A DNA stretch of 64,000 nucleotides. It comes from a bacterium (GTDB lineage Bacteria; Vulcanimicrobiota; JABDET01). The notes below the pieces were generated by a model. The model had not been told where the DNA came from. It did no database searches and saw only the letters and a program-made list of their open reading frames with translations. Both the position numbers and the translations under genes were made by a program. The first letter of the stretch is position 1. Every line of letters starts with the position of its first letter. The stretch is from assembly GCA_021800275.1 (NCBI GenBank), contig JAJYZB010000001.1, forward strand, positions 392,624-456,623, read 5' to 3'. Below, in pieces: positions 38,278-48,148 of this stretch.

Positions 38278-38456
38278 TTCATTCCTCCTTAGGGACCACC
38301 TCAAAACTTACCAGAAGATAAGTTTCTTGAAAACACTGTCAGCATCCTTCACTTTTTAAACAGCCCGATTAAAAAAGAGATCATTTCTAGCTTTTTTCTT
38401 CTTATGATAAAAGACTTCGAGCAGGAATCTCTTTTCTAAAATTTGAATTTTGAGCC

Positions 38457-39779
38457 ATGATTCCTGCAAAAGATCCAGAAGCGCAGCTAGAAATTTTAAA
38501 ACGCGGCACAGTTGAAATCATTTTCGAGAAAGAACTGGTCCGAAAAATTGAAGAAAGCATTAAAAAACAAGAGCCCCTTCGCATTAAGCTGGGTATTGAC
38601 CCTACAGCCCCTGATCTCCATTTAGGACATTCAGTCACGTTAAAGAAACTGAGACAATTTCAAGATCTAGGACATAAAGTCATCTTAATCATTGGCGATT
38701 TCACTGCCCAAATCGGAGATCCAACAGGCAGATCCGAAACCAGAAAAATCTTAACTCAAGAAGAAATTGAAATGAATATCCAGACTTACTTAAAACAACT
38801 GGGCAAAATTTTAAATACAAACGATCCTGAACATTTTGAATTGAGATACAATTCTGAATGGCTTTCCCCTTTAACATTCCAAAAAATACTGGCTGTGACA
38901 CAGCATTTTACAGTCGCTCAAATGCTGGAGAGAGAAGATTTTAAAAAACGATACGAAAACGGGGTTCCAATTGGCCTGCATGAGTTTTTCTACCCATTAA
39001 TGCAAGGATATGACTCTGCGGCCATTAAAGCAGATGTGGAGCTTGGAGCCACAGAACAAAAATTCAATATTTTAGTCGGACGAGAACTGCAGCGATTTTT
39101 CGGAATGGAGAACCCTCAAGTGGCTGTATTTCTTCCTATCCTGGAAGGAACTGATGGAGTTCAAAAAATGAGCAAATCTCTTGGAAACTACATTGGAATT
39201 TCAGAGCCTCCTGAGGAGATGTTCGGAAAAATCATGAGTATTCCTGATGAATTGATGCCTAAATATTATGAGCTTTTAACCGAGCTCCCAAAGCATAAAC
39301 TGCAGGAGTTGAAAAATGGGCTTGCCTCTAAAACGAAAAAAATAGAAAAAGAAGGATCCCTTATCTTGTCCCCTGAAAAACCAGTAGATTTCAGAGAATG
39401 GAAAGCTGAGCTTGCTAAAACTATCGTAAATTTTTATCATGGTGAAAACGCGGGAACAAAAGCTGAAGAAAACTTCAACCGCATTTATCGAGACAAAATG
39501 CTGCCTGACAGTATTCCAGAAGCCTACTTTCAGGCAAAACATTATGTCAGCCCTAACAACCTCGGAAAATGGCCGTTAGACCTGCTGCTTGTAGAGCACA
39601 ACCTGGCAGCGAGCAATCGTGAGGCAAGACGTCTCATCTCTCAGGGTGGAGTGCAGCTCATTGTGCAAAAAGAGAATGAAATAGATGTAACAACTTTAAA
39701 AGAGGGAAACATTCAGCTTATGGATGGGATGATTCTCAAAGCGGGCAGAAAAAAATACATCAAATTATTAAATCCTTAA
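38457..39779 (+). CDS. tyrS: Tyrosine--tRNA ligase
   Basis: DPTAPDLHLGH, YPLMQGYD, KMSKS, C-terminal S4-like domain. Confidence 0.97.
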   Translation: MIPAKDPEAQLEILKRGTVEIIFEKELVRKIEESIKKQEPLRIKLGIDPTAPDLHLGHSVTLKKLRQFQDLGHKVILIIGDFTAQIGDPTGRSETRKILTQEEIEMNIQTYLKQLGKILNTNDPEHFELRYNSEWLSPLTFQKILAVTQHFTVAQMLEREDFKKRYENGVPIGLHEFFYPLMQGYDSAAIKADVELGATEQKFNILVGRELQRFFGMENPQVAVFLPILEGTDGVQKMSKSLGNYIGISEPPEEMFGKIMSIPDELMPKYYELLTELPKHKLQELKNGLASKTKKIEKEGSLILSPEKPVDFREWKAELAKTIVNFYHGENAGTKAEENFNRIYRDKMLPDSIPEAYFQAKHYVSPNNLGKWPLDLLLVEHNLAASNREARRLISQGGVQLIVQKENEIDVTTLKEGNIQLMDGMILKAGRKKYIKLLNP

Positions 39780-39866
39780 AAATAACTGCATCTGTGTTCT
39801 GTCAGATATTTAAAAATCTGGGTAAAATAAAAAGAATAAAGAATGAAAAGGGGAAAATGTTAAAAG

Positions 39867-40997
39867 ATGAAAGACAAATCTTATAGGTCGGCAGAAGTCA
39901 TGAAAAAAGCAAGCTTATTCTTTCTCTTGACTCTGTTTTTTTTGTCGATGACTTCCACAGCCTACTCTTCCAATGATTTCGGTATTCTAAGAGGAAAAAT
40001 TTTTGATGCTCAATCAAAAGAAGGAATAGGCGGCATTCAAATCGTGATAGAAAACAATCGTTCCAAATTTGCCGTTCAGTCAGACAGCTTTGGCTCATTT
40101 ATTCTAAAACTGGAACCAGGACAGTATTTCGCTCTTGTGCAGGGCGTCCATCAAAAAATCGCATTTTACATTTTTCCAGGCAAAACAGCTCTCCTGGATA
40201 TTCCTGTAAAAGCAAGCGCCCTCCCTCAGCCCATTCACTATACAGTGCAGTATCATCCCATTCACCAAAAGCAGCCCCTAATTGAACAGAATCCTCCTGC
40301 TCAGCCTCAATCTTCAAAACCAGAATCCAGCCGCTCCGAAAAAGTGGTGCAGCCATTTATCAAATCCTCGAATCCTCCATCTACAAAACAAGCTGAACCT
40401 TCTAAACCTATTATTTCCCCTCCAACTGAAAAATACCCGATGTCTGGGATGGTAGTTCCTATGAAGCCCAAACGAACAATCCCTAAAAACACAGCGCCAG
40501 CCCTTGCCATTATGCCTTTTAAAGACTCTACAGACAATGGCTTAGGAATGCAAACCTCACGCGATATTGCTGATTATCTGTTTGACCTCGGAAAAATAAA
40601 AGTGATTGGTCCTCACAGCATCACCGGCGCCATTGGCGGCTTACCTGCAGATCCATTAAATGGCGCTTTTGCCCAATGGATTGCCCGAAAACTCGGGGCT
40701 AATGAAGTCGTTTTAGGAAGAATTAAAAAAGCACAAATTGTGCATCACCAGTACTTCTTCTTTGTTACTGCTGGAACAGTCATAACGGCAGTAATCCAAG
40801 TGATGGATGTCAAGACAGGAAATATCATAACTACTTTTACTCGAACCGCCTCTTCGGGAATGTTCGGAACTTCAGGAAACAAGAACCGTTATTATAAAAG
40901 AAAAACCATAAAAGATTTATTTAAAAGGGCTTGTAAAAACATGGCGCATGAACTCGGAGATCAGCTCTTAAAAATTGAACATCAGAACACAGAATAG
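39867..40997 (+). CDS. Secreted protein: carboxypeptidase-regulatory-like domain, Pro-rich linker, CsgG/TolB_N-like domain
   Basis: Signal peptide (likely start 39900), GKIFDAQSKEGI, LAIMPF...IARKLGANEVVLG. Confidence 0.65.
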   Translation: MKDKSYRSAEVMKKASLFFLLTLFFLSMTSTAYSSNDFGILRGKIFDAQSKEGIGGIQIVIENNRSKFAVQSDSFGSFILKLEPGQYFALVQGVHQKIAFYIFPGKTALLDIPVKASALPQPIHYTVQYHPIHQKQPLIEQNPPAQPQSSKPESSRSEKVVQPFIKSSNPPSTKQAEPSKPIISPPTEKYPMSGMVVPMKPKRTIPKNTAPALAIMPFKDSTDNGLGMQTSRDIADYLFDLGKIKVIGPHSITGAIGGLPADPLNGAFAQWIARKLGANEVVLGRIKKAQIVHHQYFFFVTAGTVITAVIQVMDVKTGNIITTFTRTASSGMFGTSGNKNRYYKRKTIKDLFKRACKNMAHELGDQLLKIEHQNTE

Positions 40998-41086
40998 AGC
41001 AAATTTATTCTGGCAGCAAGGATCCTGCTAAAAAATAAAAGAACACTTATATAAAGCGTAATACTTTGGTGATGGTATTGGAACAA

Positions 41087-41161
41087 GGGCCAGTAGTTCA
41101 GTGGTAGAACGTCGGTCTCCAAAACCGAATGCCGTGGGTTCAAATCCTGCCTGGCCCGCCA
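41087..41161 (+). tRNA. tRNA-Trp(CCA)
   Basis: GGGCCAG/CTGGCCC acceptor stem, anticodon loop CTCCAAA, GGTTCAAATCC, CCA end. Confidence 0.97.
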
Positions 41162-41214
41162 GATCCTCTAAAAAGTCGAGTTATTTGAGCTTAAATACCC
41201 CGATCGCTGAGGAG

Positions 41215-42192
41215 TCAAACATGTAATGCAGCTTTCATGATAAGCCATGCAGCTGGCTGAAATAGCAGTTGAGCAACCAATGTCCCAACAATTGAACCCA
41301 GGTTTAAAAACACAATAACTGCTTTTACGTCCTCCTCTGTTTTTATTCCATGAATTGCCTGATCGGTAATTAAAGCCGCCTTAGGATCCACAAAAATTGT
41401 AAACAAAATCGTTGAAACTCCAGTAATAATCCCTGAAAGCCCCACTGCAGTCAAAGCTCTTGCGCTTTCAACAGCGCCAGCATAATACGCTGCAAGAACT
41501 CCAATAGATAAAAAAGCTTGCACAAAAATATTCAAAATCAAAAAATCTTTCGGAAGCCTGGATAGACTTTTCAAGGTTACTTGCATAAAACCAGGGGGTC
41601 TAAAAATATCAGGATGAAAAAGCCAGGATAAGAATGTAAAAAGAACATAAAAAAGAATTGACACACAAATTCCAAACCCAAAAAATTCTAAACCTCTAAC
41701 AAAATTTAAATGGCCAGCAAAACGATGAAACGAGAAAAAAGAAATTCCGAATCCTAAAGCCAAACTAACCATAAAAATGTTATAAAACTTCTGATAGCTC
41801 CCTTTTCTTGGTTTTAAAAGCCCAAAAAAAATCTTAGGGACAGAATTCTCCCTTTCAAAAACCAGAATTCCTTTTCTAAAAACCTCAACAAACGTAGGAA
41901 TGAGAAGAAAAGCAAAAATACAGCCAAGGGTTGAAGCGCTTAAAATAATCCTGTACTGCACTTCCAGAAGATGAATGTTTCTTGTTCTTCTTGCAATATC
42001 TGCTAATCTTCCAATTTCAGGGAGGAGAAGCATATTGGCTATTCGGGAGAAAAAAACATAGGTATTAAAAAGAGTAGTGGCTGTAGCAATTCTCTTCGTG
42101 TAAACCCCAGCCAGTCTTGCAGCTCCAAAAGACACCAGAAGCAGGTTAATCGCGGCAAACAAAAAAAATCCAATCACGACCAGCCAGTTCAT
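41215..42192 (-). CDS. amj: Amj-family lipid II flippase (DUF2837)
   Basis: ARLAGV.TKRIA...LFN..FSR.AN, LSGIITGVSTILFTIFVDP..ALITDQA, GTLVAQ. Confidence 0.85.
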   Translation of the reverse strand: MNWLVVIGFFLFAAINLLLVSFGAARLAGVYTKRIATATTLFNTYVFFSRIANMLLLPEIGRLADIARRTRNIHLLEVQYRIILSASTLGCIFAFLLIPTFVEVFRKGILVFERENSVPKIFFGLLKPRKGSYQKFYNIFMVSLALGFGISFFSFHRFAGHLNFVRGLEFFGFGICVSILFYVLFTFLSWLFHPDIFRPPGFMQVTLKSLSRLPKDFLILNIFVQAFLSIGVLAAYYAGAVESARALTAVGLSGIITGVSTILFTIFVDPKAALITDQAIHGIKTEEDVKAVIVFLNLGSIVGTLVAQLLFQPAAWLIMKAALHV

Positions 42193-42532
42193 TACATTCG
42201 AATTCTGGAAAACTAAAAACCCTCCTTTCTGCGCCTATTGCGCAGGAAAATTGCTAGAGTTTGCTTTTACTAAATAAACCCACCGACCTTTGATAATATT
42301 ACGCGGTGAATAGCGGAATCGCTGTGGCTAATTTTGTTTTTATCCTGCCAAGGCGCTCAGCCACCCACACCTTGATGATGGAGTTTTGCTTCCTCATAAT
42401 CACAGGAAGGAAGGACATTTTCCCGTGGTCATTTGCCCTGAACATAATCACTTAGGAATGACACCTCTGCCCTGGCGAAGGAAAATTCAACCTGTTTAGA
42501 CAATTTAAAGATTCAGAGAGAGATATAGGGAA

Positions 42533-42949
42533 TTGATATCAGAGAAAATCGCAGAACTTTTAAAAAAAGCTCGGACCATTGCTGTTGTTGGTCTGTCAGA
42601 TAAGCCAGATCGTCCGAGCTATCATGTAACATCCTATCTTTTCTCTGCAGGCTACCGTATTATCCCCGTGAATCCACGGGTGAAAACACTCTTTAATGAA
42701 AAAGCTTACCCTGATCTCCTGAGTATTCCGAAAGAAATTTCGATTGATATCGTGGATATTTTTCGGCGTTCTCAAGATGTCCCCCCTATTGTGGATCAAG
42801 CGATCCAATTAAAACCTCTCTGCATCTGGATGCAGCTAGGAATCATTCACGAGCAAGCCGCAAAAAAAGCTGAGGAGTCGGGAATCATGGTGGTTATGAA
42901 TCGCTGTCTTTCTGTTACCCATCAACAGTTGATTGGGTTGAATAAATAA
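42533..42949 (+). CDS. CoA-binding protein (YccU-like)
   Basis: IAVVGLSDKPDRPS, IPVNP, DIVDIFR, WMQLG, NRC. Confidence 0.92.
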   Translation: MISEKIAELLKKARTIAVVGLSDKPDRPSYHVTSYLFSAGYRIIPVNPRVKTLFNEKAYPDLLSIPKEISIDIVDIFRRSQDVPPIVDQAIQLKPLCIWMQLGIIHEQAAKKAEESGIMVVMNRCLSVTHQQLIGLNK

Positions 42950-42962
42950 GGATAACCCCAGG

Positions 42963-44525
42963 ATGGTCACTCTGCAGCGCCAAAAAACTTATCCAAACTC
43001 TTCTAATAAATTCTTTATGCCTTATCCATTGTTCACGCTGCTTTTTTTCATTTTATTTTTTCTTACAAATCTTACTGTTTCAGCAGATCCAACTCGGATT
43101 CGGGTTGCGCTGGCGCTGAACGCAGATCGAATTCAGGTGTCCTGCTGGAAGGGATTAAGAGTTTATGCCAGCGGGAGAAAAGTTTTCTCGGGAAGAACCG
43201 CTTATATCCAGGCTCTTTATGACAGAATCTTTATCAACGGGAAAAAAGTTTTCAATCGCGACATTTTGATTGCCCCTAATTCCTCTTTTTACCTTAGAGG
43301 GGGATATTATCAAGGTTCTCTCCAAGTCGTATTAACCAATGGTTCCCTGGATGCTATTAATATCATTTCCTTGCAGAAATATCTGGAAAGTGTGATTGGC
43401 TCAGAAATGCCTTCAAAATGGCCGATTCAGGCTCTAGAAGCTCAAGCAGTTGCAGCCCGAACTTATGCCCTGCGAGAAATCAAAGCGCACCAGAACTCAC
43501 TCTATGATCTGGTATCAACTTATCTCGCTCAAGCTTATAACGGTCTTGAAAGTGTTACTCCAAAAACTATTCAAGCCGTGCAACGAACACGAGGTGAGGT
43601 TCTGACTTACAACAACCAATTAATTATGGCTTACTATTCCTCTGACTGTGGGGGCCGAACAGAATCTGGAGCCGACATTTTCCATAAGAACATCCCTTAT
43701 TTGCAGAGTGTTCCCTGTGATTTTGATCAAGGAGCTCCTCACCGCCGCTGGGAAAAAGTCTATACCCTCCGAGAATTATCGGGAATCTTTGGAACCAGGC
43801 TCCACGGACTGAAGATTATCAAAGATCCTAAAACAAAGCATGTGGTAGAAGTTGTTCTTGAAACTGAACGCCGAAATATTCACCTGCCAGGGTATCAATT
43901 CAGAAAAATTATGGGAACCAATCAAATCCGCTCCACGTTTTTCTCGCTCCATATGCACAGCAAAATCGCGTATATCCCTAAAGTAGAAAATCTTCCCCCC
44001 AAAAAAGAATCGAAGTATATTTTAGCCAATAGTTATGTTTCGATTCCTGTGAATCGCATTAAAAGCATGCAGATAGCAGAGAATAAAGCCGCTCACAGCA
44101 AACCGGTAAACTCTGAAGATAAAACGCCTCATCACAAAACACCTGGAGAAAGTCAAGTCTTTATGCTTAATGGGAAAGGGGAAATTACTGAAGCTGAAGT
44201 GACAAAACAAAACCCCCTTGTTCTCATTACAGCAGGGGGCTGGCTTTCAGGAGGGTATAGAAATTTAGCTTTTCTTTTTGTGGGAACCAAACTTATGCCT
44301 GAAAAGAAACAGGAGAAAAAAACGATCGAGGTTTCTCAGGGGACAAAAACGATTTTGATTCCGACCAGAGTTCCTAACCCTGATGACATAACCTTTTACG
44401 GCAGAGGATGGGGGCATGGACTCGGGTTATGTCAGTGGGGAGCAAAAGGGATGGCAGAACTGGGGAAAAATTACAGGCAAATCCTTCACTTTTTCTATCA
44501 TGGTGTCAAAATTCAAGTCTGGTAA
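42963..44525 (+). CDS. SpoIID/LytB domain protein
   Basis: YLESVIGSEMP..W..ALEAQAVAARTYA, YSSDCGGRTE, GRGWGHGLGLCQWGA. Confidence 0.92.
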   Translation: MVTLQRQKTYPNSSNKFFMPYPLFTLLFFILFFLTNLTVSADPTRIRVALALNADRIQVSCWKGLRVYASGRKVFSGRTAYIQALYDRIFINGKKVFNRDILIAPNSSFYLRGGYYQGSLQVVLTNGSLDAINIISLQKYLESVIGSEMPSKWPIQALEAQAVAARTYALREIKAHQNSLYDLVSTYLAQAYNGLESVTPKTIQAVQRTRGEVLTYNNQLIMAYYSSDCGGRTESGADIFHKNIPYLQSVPCDFDQGAPHRRWEKVYTLRELSGIFGTRLHGLKIIKDPKTKHVVEVVLETERRNIHLPGYQFRKIMGTNQIRSTFFSLHMHSKIAYIPKVENLPPKKESKYILANSYVSIPVNRIKSMQIAENKAAHSKPVNSEDKTPHHKTPGESQVFMLNGKGEITEAEVTKQNPLVLITAGGWLSGGYRNLAFLFVGTKLMPEKKQEKKTIEVSQGTKTILIPTRVPNPDDITFYGRGWGHGLGLCQWGAKGMAELGKNYRQILHFFYHGVKIQVW

Positions 44526-44566
44526 AAACTCTTACGATCCTTTTTCCCATGCTGCGAAAAAAAAAC

Positions 44567-45646
44567 TCAATTTTTATATTGTTTTCTAGCTGTCAGCACT
44601 TGATCCATGCTGTTTAAAAACAACTCAGTTAACTCAGGATCAAAATTAACCCCTTTTAATTGTTTAATTTCAGCCAGGGCTTTTTCCACAGGCCAGGGCT
44701 CTTTATAAGGGCGTTTCGAGGTTAAGGCATCGAAAACATCTGCAATCGAGCATATTCGACTGACAAAAGGAATATCTTCTCCTTTTAAACCTGAAGGATA
44801 ACCTGTTCCATCCCATTTTTCATGATGGGTAAGAGCAATCAGTTCAGCTAACTGCAGCAGTTTCGATCTGCTGCCCGACAAAATTCTAGCCCCTAAAACA
44901 GTATGAGACTTCACAATTTCCCATTCTTCAGGGGTCAATTTTCCTGGCTTCAGCAGCACCTGATCCGGAACTTTAATCTTTCCAATATCATGCATTTGAG
45001 CCGCATAAAATAAAAGTTTTACTTCTTCCTCTTTCATGCCGCTGGTTTTTCCTAAAATCGCAGCATACTGACTCATCCTTTTGATATGCATTCCTGTGTC
45101 GTCATCTCGATATTCAGCCACTAAACTTAATCTCTGGATCGTCTCTAACTGGGTTTCTTGAATTTCAGCAGTCCGCTCTTGAACCTTTTCCTCTAAAATT
45201 TTATTTTGATCCAGCACCTGCTTGTATAAAAGCCAGTATTCCAGCATATTCCGAATCCGAGAAAGCAGCTCGATTTGATCAAAGGGCTTGTTTAAAAAAT
45301 CTTTTGCCCCTTCCTGAAGAGCCCTTTTCCTGGTTTCTATAGTAGAATCCCCTGTTAAAACAAGAATCGGAGGATGAGCATAATTTTCGATAATTTTCAA
45401 CTGAGCCATGATTTGATACCCATCCAATCCAGGCATATTCAAGTCTAACAGAATCAAATCCGGTGAATGTTTTTTGTAAAACCCTAAAGCTTCTAAAGGT
45501 TCAGAGGTAAAGAGGAGGTTAGAATACCCGTGAACTCTCAGAATTCCATCCAGGAGATCCAGATTTTCCCTCTGGTCATCAATCATTAAAATTTTTGCCT
45601 TAAAAATTTCTGAGTCCGAAATCATTTTTATCCACTGCCCGTTCAA
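44567..45646 (-). CDS. Response regulator with HD-GYP c-di-GMP phosphodiesterase domain (RpfG type)
   Basis: REC domain (IDD, LLDLNMP, FLNKP); intact MHDIGK and HHEKWDGTGYP. Confidence 0.95.
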   Translation of the reverse strand: MNGQWIKMISDSEIFKAKILMIDDQRENLDLLDGILRVHGYSNLLFTSEPLEALGFYKKHSPDLILLDLNMPGLDGYQIMAQLKIIENYAHPPILVLTGDSTIETRKRALQEGAKDFLNKPFDQIELLSRIRNMLEYWLLYKQVLDQNKILEEKVQERTAEIQETQLETIQRLSLVAEYRDDDTGMHIKRMSQYAAILGKTSGMKEEEVKLLFYAAQMHDIGKIKVPDQVLLKPGKLTPEEWEIVKSHTVLGARILSGSRSKLLQLAELIALTHHEKWDGTGYPSGLKGEDIPFVSRICSIADVFDALTSKRPYKEPWPVEKALAEIKQLKGVNFDPELTELFLNSMDQVLTARKQYKN

Positions 45647-45793
45647 AATTTACTTTGAGAATCACATTCTTGAAAATTTGACAGTAGTCCTCCACCAGAA
45701 CCACTATCTATAAACTTCTGTTTTAAGATTTGCTTCCTTATTCTTGCCTTCAATCTCAGATGGAAAGTTCACATTTCGTTAAAAGAAAACAGA

Positions 45794-45822
45794 TTGAACT
45801 TCAGAAAAAAAAACACTATACT
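45794..45822 (+). promoter_or_regulatory. Putative sigma70-type promoter of the phosphoesterase gene
   Basis: TTGAAC-17 bp-TATACT, 63 nt upstream of the ATG. Confidence 0.55.
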
Positions 45823-45885
45823 GAAAACAGATAAGGATTGTCATGAAGCCAATCCAATAATCAAAAAAGAGAGGGGATATTATCA

Positions 45886-46833
45886 ATGAATATACAAGCA
45901 GCCAGTACTGGAAAAATTACAGGAACAGTTTCCACCGCTAAACAAGCGCCGCAAACGGCAGCAGGATCTCTCCCAGTACCAGATCATATTGTCATTGTTA
46001 TTGAAGAAAATCATGGAGAAGGTCAGATCATAGGGGATAAACCTGTACAACCTGATTTATACCACCAAATTGTAGGAAATGCCCAAGATGCTCCTTATAT
46101 CAACTCTCTGGCTAAAGAAGGAGCACTTTTCACAGATTCCCACGGTGTAATGCACCCCTCTACCCCGAATTATCTTGCCTTATTTTCTGGATCAACCCAT
46201 GGAGCCACAACGGATAACTGCCCCCCTCCAGGAGCCCCTTATTCCACTCCAAATCTCGCAGAACAATTAATGAACCATGGATACACATTTGAAGGTTATG
46301 GAGAATCCATGCCGCAGCCTGGATTTACAGGCTGCCAAAGTGGTCTTTATGTGAGAAAACACTGTCCCTGGGTGAACTGGCCATCTCTTTCTAAAGAAAG
46401 CCAGCCTTTTACTGCGTTCCCAACAGATTTCAGCAAACTCCCAACAGTCTCATTTGTAATCCCTAATCTCAATGATGATATGCACAATGGAACAGTGCAG
46501 CAGGGAGATACCTGGCTGAAAGATAATATCAGCCAATACGCCCAATGGGCAAAAACCCACAATTCTCTTCTCATTGTTACTTTTGACGAAGATGATTTTA
46601 CACCGGCTAATCATATCCCTACCATTTTCGTGGGGCAAATGGTCAAACCAGGACAGTACAGCGAAACCATCAACCACTACAACGTCCTGCGGACTATTGA
46701 AGCAATGTACGGACTCTCAGCTCTTGGGAATGCAGCTCAAGCCCAGCCGATCACAGATGTTTGGCAGTCCACTGTCAATGCAGCCCAGGCTTCCAATCCC
46801 GAAAAAACTTCTGCAAATTCGGCGGCAGCCTGA
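45886..46833 (+). CDS. Phosphoesterase-family acid phosphatase
   Basis: HIVIVIEENH, HPSTPNYLALFSG, RKHCPW, PNLNDDMH, VTFDE, NHYNVLRTIE. Confidence 0.9.
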   Translation: MNIQAASTGKITGTVSTAKQAPQTAAGSLPVPDHIVIVIEENHGEGQIIGDKPVQPDLYHQIVGNAQDAPYINSLAKEGALFTDSHGVMHPSTPNYLALFSGSTHGATTDNCPPPGAPYSTPNLAEQLMNHGYTFEGYGESMPQPGFTGCQSGLYVRKHCPWVNWPSLSKESQPFTAFPTDFSKLPTVSFVIPNLNDDMHNGTVQQGDTWLKDNISQYAQWAKTHNSLLIVTFDEDDFTPANHIPTIFVGQMVKPGQYSETINHYNVLRTIEAMYGLSALGNAAQAQPITDVWQSTVNAAQASNPEKTSANSAAA

Positions 46834-46918
46834 TACCCACATACTTGAAACACCACACTCTACAGATAACAGATAATAGGGCAGGAAGTACGGAATAGTG
46901 AGAGGAAATTCTTTCCTC

Positions 46919-48148
46919 ATGCCCGCAGATAAAATATTAGCGCAAGAAAAATCGCACCATGAGCCAGAGGTTCACAAGCTTAGGTTTGTTAAAATCCAGG
47001 GTTACCGCCCTTTTAAAGATTTTACTGCAGAGCTCGATTTACTCGAAGTATTCGTTGGAGCAAATGGAACAGGAAAATCCAGCTTTTTCGAATTCCTTAA
47101 ATTTATCAGAGATGGTGTAAAAACCGAAGAAATCCCTGCCGAAATTATTGCAGGTTCAATCGGGCAACAAATTTTTCATAAACCAGGTCCGGATAAATTC
47201 TTCTGGAACCTGGAGATGAATATGGAGGGCGAGAAAACGGCTATACAGTACCAGGGAGAACTAATAGGACCAGTCGGTCAAACCCGAGTGATTTATGAGA
47301 CTGTTCAAACAGCAAAACCACTTGGACAACAATACAGCAAACCTCTCATATTGATGGATGTGAGAAATGGCAGTGGTAAAATTTTTGATCCCTTATTGAA
47401 AAAATTTAAATCCCAAGAAATCATATTGAAACGCACTAATCAACTTGCCCTCAGCCTTATGACCAACCCTGCGTTAAAAACCTTGTATGATTTAAGGGAA
47501 TTCATCCTTGAATGGAAGTTTTACAACTCGTTTAATATTGATAATTATAAAATTCGCCAGGCTGTGCCGACAGAGCAAGAACCAATCCTGAGAGAAGACG
47601 CGGGAAACCTGAGTTCAGTGCTGCATTACCTTATGACTGAACACCCTCCTATTTTTGATGAACTACAGCAGTATCTGCGTCAAGTTATACCAGGTTTCAA
47701 AAAACTCATGGTGAAAGCTCGAGGCGCTCCAGGACACGTCATTGCTTTCTGGCAGGAAGAAGGCGGAGAGGACCTCAGTCTCGCCGATTTATCAAACGGA
47801 ACTCTTCACCTTATATGCTGGACAGCCCTTTGTGTGAATCCTAAAATCCCGACGCTTATCTGTATAGATGAACCTGATCAAGGAGTGCATCCTAGAACAC
47901 TTCCTTTTCTCGCAGGTTTATTCAAAAAAGCAAGTGAGCGGACTCAAATATTTCTTGCCACTCATGCCTCCTATTTTTTGATCCAATTCGATCTGGAGAA
48001 TTTAGCAGTGTTAGTAAAAGAAAATGGTGAAACGAAGTTCGTTAAGCCTGCTAACTCTGCAATACTCAAAGAAAATCTAAAAGAATTTGGCTCTGAAGAG
48101 ATAGAGATCATGCACAAAAATGATGAACTGGAAAATTTCTCAGAATGA
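46919..48148 (+). CDS. ABC-type (AAA_21-like) ATPase
   Basis: Walker A GANGTGKS, signature LSNGT, Walker B ICIDEPD..GVHP, H-loop ATH. ORF is open from 46898. Confidence 0.9.
   Translation: MPADKILAQEKSHHEPEVHKLRFVKIQGYRPFKDFTAELDLLEVFVGANGTGKSSFFEFLKFIRDGVKTEEIPAEIIAGSIGQQIFHKPGPDKFFWNLEMNMEGEKTAIQYQGELIGPVGQTRVIYETVQTAKPLGQQYSKPLILMDVRNGSGKIFDPLLKKFKSQEIILKRTNQLALSLMTNPALKTLYDLREFILEWKFYNSFNIDNYKIRQAVPTEQEPILREDAGNLSSVLHYLMTEHPPIFDELQQYLRQVIPGFKKLMVKARGAPGHVIAFWQEEGGEDLSLADLSNGTLHLICWTALCVNPKIPTLICIDEPDQGVHPRTLPFLAGLFKKASERTQIFLATHASYFLIQFDLENLAVLVKENGETKFVKPANSAILKENLKEFGSEEIEIMHKNDELENFSE

Noticed and set aside
42347..42476. SRP RNA, lysine or ZTP riboswitch, or mini-CRISPR
   Set aside because: Only short chance resemblances (GGAAGGAAG, AGAGGT); the consensus cores are missing and the repeat is just 9 nt.
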